Assembly: GCA_016839605.1 (NCBI GenBank) | Contig: JAEOTX010000029.1 | Coordinates: 1-33,043, forward strand | Length of the DNA stretch: 33,043 nucleotides | Reading direction: 5' to 3' | Source: Candidatus Thorarchaeota archaeon | GTDB taxonomy: Archaea; Asgardarchaeota; Thorarchaeia; Thorarchaeales; Thorarchaeaceae | Part shown: piece after piece, positions 25,627 through 33,043 of the stretch | Position numbering within the stretch: the stretch's first letter is position 1 | How the letters are laid out: every line of letters starts with the position of its first letter | Translations under genes and position numbers: made by a program | Notes under the pieces: generated by a model | The model's input: only the letters and a program-made list of their open reading frames with translations | Told to the model about the DNA's origin: nothing | Database searches by the model: none

Positions 25627-25878
25627 GAGTGCTCTTTTCCAGACAGGAGTAGGAGCTCCATTGGAGTCTAGTCTTTTCTTATCATCAAGTGGTTGTCGTG
25701 AGAATAGACAACCACCAAGGAGCAATAGGATTCCGCTACCCACGAAAGTGAGAATGCCTACAATGTAGAAAAACACCAAAGCCTGTGTTGCTACAGATGC
25801 GATAAGGCCTGTAACCAGAATGAGTGCGGTCAGCACTGTCCCCCACATGAAGCCAGCTTTGAGGGCGTTCATCCACAC
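25540..25878 (-). CDS. Small membrane protein (about 3 TM)
   Basis: Hydrophobic helices; GGAGTG SD 7 nt upstream of GTG; follows the opp operon in the same direction. Confidence 0.7.
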   Translation of the reverse strand: MWMNALKAGFMWGTVLTALILVTGLIASVATQALVFFYIVGILTFVGSGILLLLGGCLFSRQPLDDKKRLDSNGAPTPVWKRALLGLDLMASAIILFLYGFIIDLIGTLFGF

Positions 25879-25894
25879 ATAACGTCACTCCGCT

Positions 25895-26089
25895 TCAAGG
25901 CATTAGAGCAAACAGGAATCCGATCGAACCAAGCACTATTGCCAATATCACAAGCGGAAGAAAGATTGACTGGAGAGATGCAATGAATAGAGCAACATAA
26001 TCTGTCGCATCGAGCGGTGTATGAGTTCCGCTATCTTGATCACCATAATGAGACCAATCAAAGCTCTCTTGTTTCTCTTCTTCGGTCAT
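25895..26089 (-). CDS. Small membrane protein with acidic N-terminus
   Basis: 64 aa with a hydrophobic C-terminal half; gcgagga SD upstream; in line with the operon. Confidence 0.65.
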   Translation of the reverse strand: MTEEEKQESFDWSHYGDQDSGTHTPLDATDYVALFIASLQSIFLPLVILAIVLGSIGFLFALMP

Positions 26090-26153
26090 TCGTTATTCCT
26101 CGCTTCCTTTTTTGCTTGCATTTAGTAAATAGGCATGTGGTTCACAGCAAAAT

Positions 26154-27185
26154 CTATCTTCCTGTAATCGTTGCTTCTTGTGCCTCGATCTGTGCCTTGT
26201 AATCAAGGTCGAGTTCTCCAGCGAAATGACAAGCCACAAGGTGTCCATCACCCATGTCTCGAAGATCTGGAACCTCGTCCTTACAGACTTCCTTCGCAAA
26301 CCTACATCTTGGATGGAATCTGCATCCTGTTGGAGGATTGATCGGACTCGGAACTTCTCCAGATAGAATCGCTGCCCGACCCCGAAATTCAGGATTCGGC
26401 ACAGGAACTGAGGATACAAGCGCAGCCGAGTATGGATGCATTGCTTCCTGGAATATATCGCGCGGAGTCATCTCCATGATTTTCCCTAGATACATCACAG
26501 CAACCCTGTCACTCATGTGCTTAACGACACTCAAGTTGTGGGAAATGAATAGATACGTTAGGTCGAATTCCTTCTGCAGGTCCTTCATGAGGTTAAGAGT
26601 CTGCGCTTGAACTGACACATCAGTACTAGATGTAGGTTCATCCATTACAACGAGCTTGGGATTCAACGCAAGGGCTCGCGCGATACAGATCCGCTGTCTT
26701 TGCCCACCGCTGAATTCGTGTGGAAACCTGTTGAGGTGGTCCTCATTGAGACCAACTTTATTGAGCAATTCTATGACCTTCTGCCTCAATCCATAGCCGC
26801 GAGCAATCCCATTTACTAGCAGTGGTTCACCGACAGCATTCTTAATTGTCAACCGTGGATCAAGTGAAGCCATTGGGTCTTGAAACACAATTCCCATGTT
26901 TCGGCGAAGGAACCTCATCTCTTTTGACTTCAGCTCGCTGATGTCCTGTCCCTCAAAGATCATTGTGCCAGATGTGGGAGGAATGAGTCTCAGTAGTGTT
27001 CGACCGGTGGTTGTCTTTCCACAACCTGATTCTCCGACAAGGCCAAGCGTTTCACCCTTGACAATGTCAAATGAGATGTCGTCAACCGCTCTAACGTACC
27101 CAAGTACCTTGCGGAAAACTCCGCCAGTCAATGGGAAGTACTTCTTCAAGTTCTTTACTTGGACCAAAGGTACATTGTCTGTCAT
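26154..27185 (-). CDS. oppF: Oligopeptide/dipeptide ABC transporter ATP-binding protein
   Basis: GESGCGKT, FQDP, FSGGQRQR, MDEP, SHN, HPYS, 'GCRFHPRC'. Confidence 0.95.
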   Translation of the reverse strand: MTDNVPLVQVKNLKKYFPLTGGVFRKVLGYVRAVDDISFDIVKGETLGLVGESGCGKTTTGRTLLRLIPPTSGTMIFEGQDISELKSKEMRFLRRNMGIVFQDPMASLDPRLTIKNAVGEPLLVNGIARGYGLRQKVIELLNKVGLNEDHLNRFPHEFSGGQRQRICIARALALNPKLVVMDEPTSSTDVSVQAQTLNLMKDLQKEFDLTYLFISHNLSVVKHMSDRVAVMYLGKIMEMTPRDIFQEAMHPYSAALVSSVPVPNPEFRGRAAILSGEVPSPINPPTGCRFHPRCRFAKEVCKDEVPDLRDMGDGHLVACHFAGELDLDYKAQIEAQEATITGR

Positions 27186-27191
27186 TTTTAA

Positions 27192-28430
27192 TCACCTTCT
27201 CCCCTTCACAGAACCCTGTGGATGGAAACACTCCACCAAGTGACCAGGCTTTACCTCCTCTCTCGGAGGTCGCTGCTCTGAGCAAATACTTGTTGCGAAT
27301 TCACATCTTGGATGGAATCTACATCCTGTTGGTGGTGTAATCAGATTGGGAACCATGCCCTTAATCTGCAATAATCGATCAACCTTCTCTGTCAATTTCG
27401 GAATTGCCCGAAGCAGACCTGACGTGTAAGGATGAACAGGGTCTGAAAACAGCTCATCGGTTGAAGCGTACTCCACAACAACTCCAGCATACATTACCGC
27501 GACATGTGTGCAAGTTTCTGCTACAACACCTAAGTCGTGGGTGATGATGATTATTGAAGAGTCAAAGTCTGCCTTGAGCTCATTTAGTAGATTCAGGACC
27601 TGAGCCTGAACGGTTACATCCAGCGCTGTTGTGGCTTCATCGCAGATTAGTATCTGAGGATTGCAGGAGAGAGACATCGCAATGAGTGCTCTCTGTCTCA
27701 TACCTCCAGAAAGCTCATGAGGATACTGATTAGCTATCTCCTCGGGAGACGGCATACGGACCATCTTGAGCATTTCAACTGCTTTCTTCTTGGCCACCTT
27801 TTTCTTATCGTCATCAGTTGGTGGCGGAGGGTCATCGAGTTGACTCTTATATTCGCTGATTTTCTCCTTGATCTCCTCCGCATTCGGAGCCTGTGGATTC
27901 TCTGCCAAGGTTTCCTCCAAACGATCAATCTTCATCACGAGAGCTTCTTCTGCAAGATTCTGATGAAGAGATATCACCTCGGCAATCTGGTCACCGACTC
28001 GAAATACTGGATTGGGATATGTCGCAGGATCTTGGAACACAATTGCAATGCGGTTGCCCCTAATGTGACGCATCTCATCTTCAGACAGCTTAAGTAGATC
28101 AGAAATAACTTCCTCTTTATCCAGTGTGCGGTCTCTGAAGACAACCTCACCGGCCTCAATTACTCCCGGTGAATCCACAAGACGCATAATTGATTTCGCA
28201 GTCACGCTTTTACCGCATCCTGTTTCACCCACGAATGCAAGAGTCTGTCCCTTTTTCAGCTGAACAGAGACTCCGTCAAGTGCCTTTACAACTCCTTCAT
28301 ACGTATAGAAGGAAGTCTTGAGGCCTCGAACATCAAGGATCACATCAGGTTCAAGTGTATGGATTTCATCCTGGGAATCGTGGATTTCATTGTCTGATTC
28401 AGTCATAGTCATCATTTCTCCCTCTGTCAT
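27192..28430 (-). CDS. oppD: Oligopeptide/dipeptide ABC transporter ATP-binding protein with a helical insertion
   Basis: GETGCGKS, FQDP, LSGGMRQR, CDEATTALD, THD, HPYT and Cys cluster; about 50-aa charged insertion. Confidence 0.94.
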   Translation of the reverse strand: MTEGEMMTMTESDNEIHDSQDEIHTLEPDVILDVRGLKTSFYTYEGVVKALDGVSVQLKKGQTLAFVGETGCGKSVTAKSIMRLVDSPGVIEAGEVVFRDRTLDKEEVISDLLKLSEDEMRHIRGNRIAIVFQDPATYPNPVFRVGDQIAEVISLHQNLAEEALVMKIDRLEETLAENPQAPNAEEIKEKISEYKSQLDDPPPPTDDDKKKVAKKKAVEMLKMVRMPSPEEIANQYPHELSGGMRQRALIAMSLSCNPQILICDEATTALDVTVQAQVLNLLNELKADFDSSIIIITHDLGVVAETCTHVAVMYAGVVVEYASTDELFSDPVHPYTSGLLRAIPKLTEKVDRLLQIKGMVPNLITPPTGCRFHPRCEFATSICSEQRPPREEVKPGHLVECFHPQGSVKGRR

Positions 28431-29710
28431 CGCCTTCTAAGTTTAGGATCTAAGATGTCTCTCACCCCGTCGCCGACTAAGTTGAAGGCGAGTGCACATA
28501 GCAGTATTGCAATGCCAGGGTAGAAGACCAGCCAGTAGAAGGTAAAGTGATCCTGTCCTGTTGCAATCATGAGTCCCCATTCCGCAGTACCCGCTTCCGC
28601 CCCGAATCCGATGAAGCTAAGGCCGGCAGCTGTAAGCAGAACACCACCCAAATCCAGGGTAGCCTGCACAATGACGGGCTGTACTGTATTGGGCAGGATG
28701 TGAGTCAGCAATATCCTGAAGTCTGATGCGCCGACAGACCGAGCAGCCTCAACATATAGCCTCTCGCGTTCGATCAAAACTTGACCCCTTACAAGACGAG
28801 CATATGTTGGCCACCAGACCACCATAAGAGCTATAGCAATGTTGTCGAGGTTTCTCTCACCAAGAGCGGACACAATCGCCATTGCAAGGATTAGGCCTGG
28901 GAATGCAAAGAACACATCTGTGATGCGCATGACAACCTCGTCAACAGCTCCTCCAAAGTAGCCAGCTGCAGCACCAAGGAATGTACCAATGATTAGGGCA
29001 ACTGAAACTACTGTGAGAGCAATTCGCAAGTCAATTCGGGTCGCCCACATGACCATGCTGAATATGTCTCCACCATTCTGGTCAGTTCCCCATATGTGCG
29101 TGGGACTGGGTGCTTGTAGAGTTTCGGTCCATATTCTTTCAGTAGGTCCATAAGGAGCCCAGAGATTAACAGTCAGAGCAATGAAAACATATCCGAGGAT
29201 GATTACCACTCCCACTACGACCAATGGGCTTCTTCTAATCAGATAGAGACTATACCTTAGCTCTTTCATCCTTGGACCCAAGTCTTCCTTGAAGAGCTTC
29301 CACCAATAAGACCTAACACTTGGAGTGAAAAGAAGCAGTATAGCAACCAAACTGCCAATGGCTAAGTATGGTAGAGAGCCACCTATCCAAACAAGGAGCC
29401 CAAAGTAGATGATATTAGCGTAAATAATCCATGGAAATTCGTGAGCAAACACCTTGTAGACTGACCGGCCTATGTTGAACAGCCATAGACCAAAGAGAAT
29501 CATCGGCATCGTATTCAGTATTAGTATGCCAGCAAAAGAGCCAAAATTGATTTCCCCTGCAATGAACGGTCCCACAAGAGGGGCTAAGAGTAGTACACCT
29601 ACTCCCATCGCCACAAGACCAATGATAGATTGGAAGATGCCTACAAATCTCACCATTTGAGGTGCTTTCTCTTCAACAATTTCTACTTCAATTTGAGTTA
29701 ATTCACCCAT
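28427..29710 (-). CDS. oppC: Oligopeptide/dipeptide ABC transporter permease, OppC/DppC family, with N-terminal TM extension
   Basis: 'APSPTHIWGTDQNGGDIFS', 'MRITDVF', 'ARLVRGQ', 'YVEAARSVGAS', 'HILPN', 'EWG', 'GDGVRDILDPK'. Confidence 0.94.
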   Translation of the reverse strand: MGELTQIEVEIVEEKAPQMVRFVGIFQSIIGLVAMGVGVLLLAPLVGPFIAGEINFGSFAGILILNTMPMILFGLWLFNIGRSVYKVFAHEFPWIIYANIIYFGLLVWIGGSLPYLAIGSLVAILLLFTPSVRSYWWKLFKEDLGPRMKELRYSLYLIRRSPLVVVGVVIILGYVFIALTVNLWAPYGPTERIWTETLQAPSPTHIWGTDQNGGDIFSMVMWATRIDLRIALTVVSVALIIGTFLGAAAGYFGGAVDEVVMRITDVFFAFPGLILAMAIVSALGERNLDNIAIALMVVWWPTYARLVRGQVLIERERLYVEAARSVGASDFRILLTHILPNTVQPVIVQATLDLGGVLLTAAGLSFIGFGAEAGTAEWGLMIATGQDHFTFYWLVFYPGIAILLCALAFNLVGDGVRDILDPKLRRR

Positions 29711-29721
29711 TTCTTGTCACC

Positions 29722-30747
29722 TCATCCATAGCGTATTCGTGGGTCTAGTGTGGCATATATGAGATCAACAATCAGATTGGCTGACACGAAAATTATAGCA
29801 ACTAGAATCGTGAACGCATTTATGCTAGGTATGTCCGATGTGAGAATAGCCGCGACAGCCCAACGACCAAGTCCTGGCCAGCTGAATATTGTTTCAGTGA
29901 GGACCGCTCCGGTAATGAGCCCACCAAAGGCAAGGCCAATAACAGTCACCGTAGGAATCATCGCATTTCTGAGAGCGTGTCTATAGATGACAACTCTCTC
30001 CGTCAAACCTTTTGAGCGCGCCAGCGTAATATAATCCTCTTTCAATACCTCAAGCATGCTGGAACGCATCATCCTAGTGATAATAGCCAGAAAGATGTAG
30101 CCAAGACACATTGCAGGCATCACAAAATGAATCAGAGCATCAAAGAATAACACTCCATTTAGAGTCAATACGGCATCCAGTAAGACAAAGTTGGTTATGG
30201 GAGTATAGTCGACATAAATGAAGGAGTACCTGCCTCCCTCAGGGAGGAAGGGTAATCCCCACATGAAGAACTGGAAATAGAACAGATACTTCAGCATAAG
30301 AGCAAACCAGAAGATAGGCATCGATACTCCAGCTAGAGCAATCACTCGAGTTACATGATCTGTCAATTTATCCTTCTTAGTTGCTGAAATAATGCCTAGA
30401 GGGATGCCAATAACCACAGCGATGATCATTGATACAATAGCTAGTTCAATGGTCGCAGGGAAGTATCTCTGGATTGTAGGGATTACATCCATCCTTGCAG
30501 TATTTGAATATCCCCAGTCTCCAGCAAACAGATTTCTCAGATATAGAAAGAACTGAACGTAAATGGGCTCATCGAGCCCATGTTCGAGTCTGATTGCTGC
30601 GTAAGCATCGGGAGTAGTTCTCTCGTCTACATATAATGCAAGAGGATTTCCAACAACATAAGCCAACACGAATGTTATGGCTAAGACTCCAATTATTACA
30701 GGAATCGATAAGAAAATCCTTCTAATCACATAATCTCTCAATCTCAT
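29722..30747 (-). CDS. oppB: Oligopeptide/dipeptide ABC transporter permease, OppB/DppB family
   Basis: 'GLDEPIYVQF', 'PATIELA', 'SMPIFW', 'RSSMLEVLKEDYITLARSKGL', 'HALRNA', 'ETIFSWPGLG', 'LDPRIR'. ATG 30747 preferred. Confidence 0.95.
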   Translation of the reverse strand: MRLRDYVIRRIFLSIPVIIGVLAITFVLAYVVGNPLALYVDERTTPDAYAAIRLEHGLDEPIYVQFFLYLRNLFAGDWGYSNTARMDVIPTIQRYFPATIELAIVSMIIAVVIGIPLGIISATKKDKLTDHVTRVIALAGVSMPIFWFALMLKYLFYFQFFMWGLPFLPEGGRYSFIYVDYTPITNFVLLDAVLTLNGVLFFDALIHFVMPAMCLGYIFLAIITRMMRSSMLEVLKEDYITLARSKGLTERVVIYRHALRNAMIPTVTVIGLAFGGLITGAVLTETIFSWPGLGRWAVAAILTSDIPSINAFTILVAIIFVSANLIVDLIYATLDPRIRYG

Positions 30748-31092
30748 GGTCGACCACTTCATGCGCACATACTCGGGGTTCTACCAGATGATGCCAAACT
30801 GATTTCAAAGGGCGCATCATTGGTGACAGTCATTTAAGCCTTTGGATGTCAGAAAAGAAAAATAGTGGCTCACACAACCATTCAAGAACCGTCTACGCCG
30901 GGGAAGGGTTCTATGCGAGATAGAGTGTATTTACGCTTTGTTGTGTGCGTTACCACACGATGATTTACCCGTAAGCTATATTAGACAATGCACATCCAAC
31001 TTGACTCCTCTGCGGCACATTAAAAGTGCTGCGCGGCAAGAAAATTTTGTCTTTTGACGAAATTCCTTGTACGAAGGAGGAAGTTATTTCCA
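30748..31092. promoter_or_regulatory. Divergent promoter region for oppBCDF and the SBP gene, with a structured leader
   Basis: TTTAAG near 30833-30838 (CTTAAA on the other strand); several inverted repeats; SD AGGAGG at 31075-31080. Confidence 0.55.
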
Positions 31093-33018
31093 ATGGAAAG
31101 AAACCAGATGTACGCGATCATAGTTATCGTGATTGTGGTTGCGGGTGCTGGTGTTGCTTTTGTCTTCCTATCACAACCGACTCAGACTCCTGAGGATCAG
31201 TTTATTGTGGAGACTATAGGCAACCCCCTAAGCATGGACCCGCACGTCAATTATGAGAACTTCGGTGGCGGACTACAAGAAAATATTTACGAAACGTTAT
31301 ACTACTACCCATTTGGTACGGATAGTACGGAGCCTTCGGTGCCTCTATTGGCAGCGGACGACCCTGTTATTTCCGCAGATGGTCTACAGTACAACATCTC
31401 ACTGCGTCAGAATGTCAAATTCCATGATGGAACACCGTTCAACGCAAGTGTTGCAAAATGGAATTTCGAGAGAGCAGTCAAGGCCTTCCGCCTTGCAGGT
31501 CCTGTTTGGATGATCATTGAACCAATGGTTGGTGGTCTAGCCGTTGAGGATGCTGCTTACGGTGAAGGTACTGGTAGCCAAGAGTTCGCAGACGCCTTTG
31601 ACGACTGGGTTGAAAACTCAGGCGCAATCGTGGTTCTAGACACTTACACAATCCAGTATAACCTGGCAGAGCCATTTGCCCCATTCATTGCGGCGATGAC
31701 TTACCGTGTTGGTGCTTTTATGAGCCCGACCTACGTTCTATCGAACCCATGCAACGACTCCGTACCTGTTGGCGGTGACTGGACAGAGCACTATGGTAAT
31801 GACTACGGTGAGTGGCAATCCGTCTGGATGGAAGACCACACCTGTGGTACTGGTCCATACATGCTCGAAGACTGGAGACCAAACGAGTACATCCACATGG
31901 TCATTGCCCCTGACTACTGGAGAGCCGACGCCACTGAGGCGGGCATAGCTCCACCATCCTACGCAGGTGCAATCAAGGAAGTTTGGTATAAGACCAACGA
32001 GGACACAACTGGCAGACTCCTGAATCTCAGAACTGGTCTGGCTGATGTTGTCTACTGGCCTACAACCAACGCTGATGAGATCTGGGACAACACCACAATG
32101 GGTTCAAGCGATGCTAACATTCACGTCAACACTGGTGGATTCAGCTACACACTGATGGCCTTCACCTTCCTATTCCACGACATGAACATCACCCGTGGAA
32201 CAGCAGCTCCGGTGGAGATCCAAAGCCCATTCACCTATCGAGGATTGAGGAAATGTTTCGCTTACGCCTTTGACTATGACGCGGCAATCAATGCTATCGT
32301 CAGAGGATGGGGCTTCCAAGCTAAAGGCTTCATCCCACAAGGTATGTTCGGTCAGAACTCAGACTATTGGCTAGAGCACTATAACATCACTGCAGCAGTA
32401 GAATTCTGGAATACGGCAATGAACGAGCCAGGATTTGTAGACATCATCAATGCCCTAGATGGTTACATTGAGCTGTTCTACAACTCAGGCAACGTCATCC
32501 GTGAGCAGGGTTCACTCCTGTTGAAGGACGGTCTATCTGCTGTCATGGCACATGCAGACACCAACTTGACAGGTATCACTGCCACCATGACTAATGGTGA
32601 GCCTGGTGTTGAGCTCAGGGTCAATGCCCTTGAGTGGGCAAACATGCTCCTGAAGATGGACAACCACGAGCTGCCAATTTGGCTCATTGGTTGGGCTCCT
32701 GACTACGCAGATCCAGACAACTACGCCCTACCGTTCGTGAAATCGACCGGTACATTCATGCATGCAAGCGGCTACAACAACACAGCTGTAGACGCGCTAG
32801 TTGCAGCAGGGAAGGGTGAGACGGATCTAGTGGCCAGGCAGGCAATCTACGACGAAATGCAGGAGCTTGTAGCATATGACCAGCCCAGTATCTACATGTA
32901 CCAGCCTTCTGAATTCAGAGTCTGGAGAAACTGGATGGCTGGCAACGGTCTGACCTACAACCCAATGTATGGTACCTACTACTGGTTCCACCTACACAAG
33001 GTCTATCCAACAACCTAG
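31093..33018 (+). CDS. ABC peptide transporter substrate-binding protein (family 5) with N-terminal membrane anchor/signal
   Basis: N-terminal hydrophobic helix; 'SMDPH', 'IYETL', 'LRQNVKFHDGTPFNA', 'GTGPYML', 'LRKCFAYAFDY', 'GWAPDYADPDNY'. AGGAGG upstream of ATG 31093. Confidence 0.95.
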   Translation: MERNQMYAIIVIVIVVAGAGVAFVFLSQPTQTPEDQFIVETIGNPLSMDPHVNYENFGGGLQENIYETLYYYPFGTDSTEPSVPLLAADDPVISADGLQYNISLRQNVKFHDGTPFNASVAKWNFERAVKAFRLAGPVWMIIEPMVGGLAVEDAAYGEGTGSQEFADAFDDWVENSGAIVVLDTYTIQYNLAEPFAPFIAAMTYRVGAFMSPTYVLSNPCNDSVPVGGDWTEHYGNDYGEWQSVWMEDHTCGTGPYMLEDWRPNEYIHMVIAPDYWRADATEAGIAPPSYAGAIKEVWYKTNEDTTGRLLNLRTGLADVVYWPTTNADEIWDNTTMGSSDANIHVNTGGFSYTLMAFTFLFHDMNITRGTAAPVEIQSPFTYRGLRKCFAYAFDYDAAINAIVRGWGFQAKGFIPQGMFGQNSDYWLEHYNITAAVEFWNTAMNEPGFVDIINALDGYIELFYNSGNVIREQGSLLLKDGLSAVMAHADTNLTGITATMTNGEPGVELRVNALEWANMLLKMDNHELPIWLIGWAPDYADPDNYALPFVKSTGTFMHASGYNNTAVDALVAAGKGETDLVARQAIYDEMQELVAYDQPSIYMYQPSEFRVWRNWMAGNGLTYNPMYGTYYWFHLHKVYPTT

Positions 33019-33043
33019 ATCTCTAGTAGAATAGATGTAAGAA

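Noticed and set aside
1-33043. CRISPR arrays, tRNA/rRNA genes, transposases/integrases, and the many short antisense ORFs in the track
   Set aside because: No periodic repeats, cloverleaf or rRNA motifs, or recombinase motifs were seen. The short ORFs are shadows of well-supported genes.

Overview
Gene-dense archaeal chromosomal segment, most likely from an Asgard archaeon (Thorarchaeia-like). This is inferred from the 7TM-longin fusions, CPxC..EW..CxxC zinc ribbons, TATA-type promoters and GGAGTG/GGGGTG-type ribosome-binding sites; the window has no rRNA or marker gene to prove it. It is dominated by peptide uptake and amino-acid catabolism. Two complete Opp/Dpp-type ABC systems sit at the two ends, alongside two stand-alone OppD-like ATPases (one with degenerate catalytic motifs), two MFS permeases, an amidohydrolase, an Ntn cysteine hydrolase, a DHDPS-family lyase, a DinB protein, a DUF362 Fe-S protein, an ArgF'-like carbamoyltransferase, a bacterial-type GAPDH and a divergent citrate-synthase-family protein. 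The most striking items are: (i) a tandem pair of predicted 7-TM membrane proteins fused to a C-terminal longin-like domain, both apparently starting at a CTG codon and lying between the two orphan ATPases; (ii) two GC-rich, hairpin-rich intergenic segments, each behind its own TATA-like box, flanking a tandem-GNAT gene (candidate ncRNAs); and (iii) a long structured leader before the second solute-binding protein. No tRNA, rRNA, CRISPR array or mobile element was recognised. All family calls come from reading motifs by eye, not from database searches.
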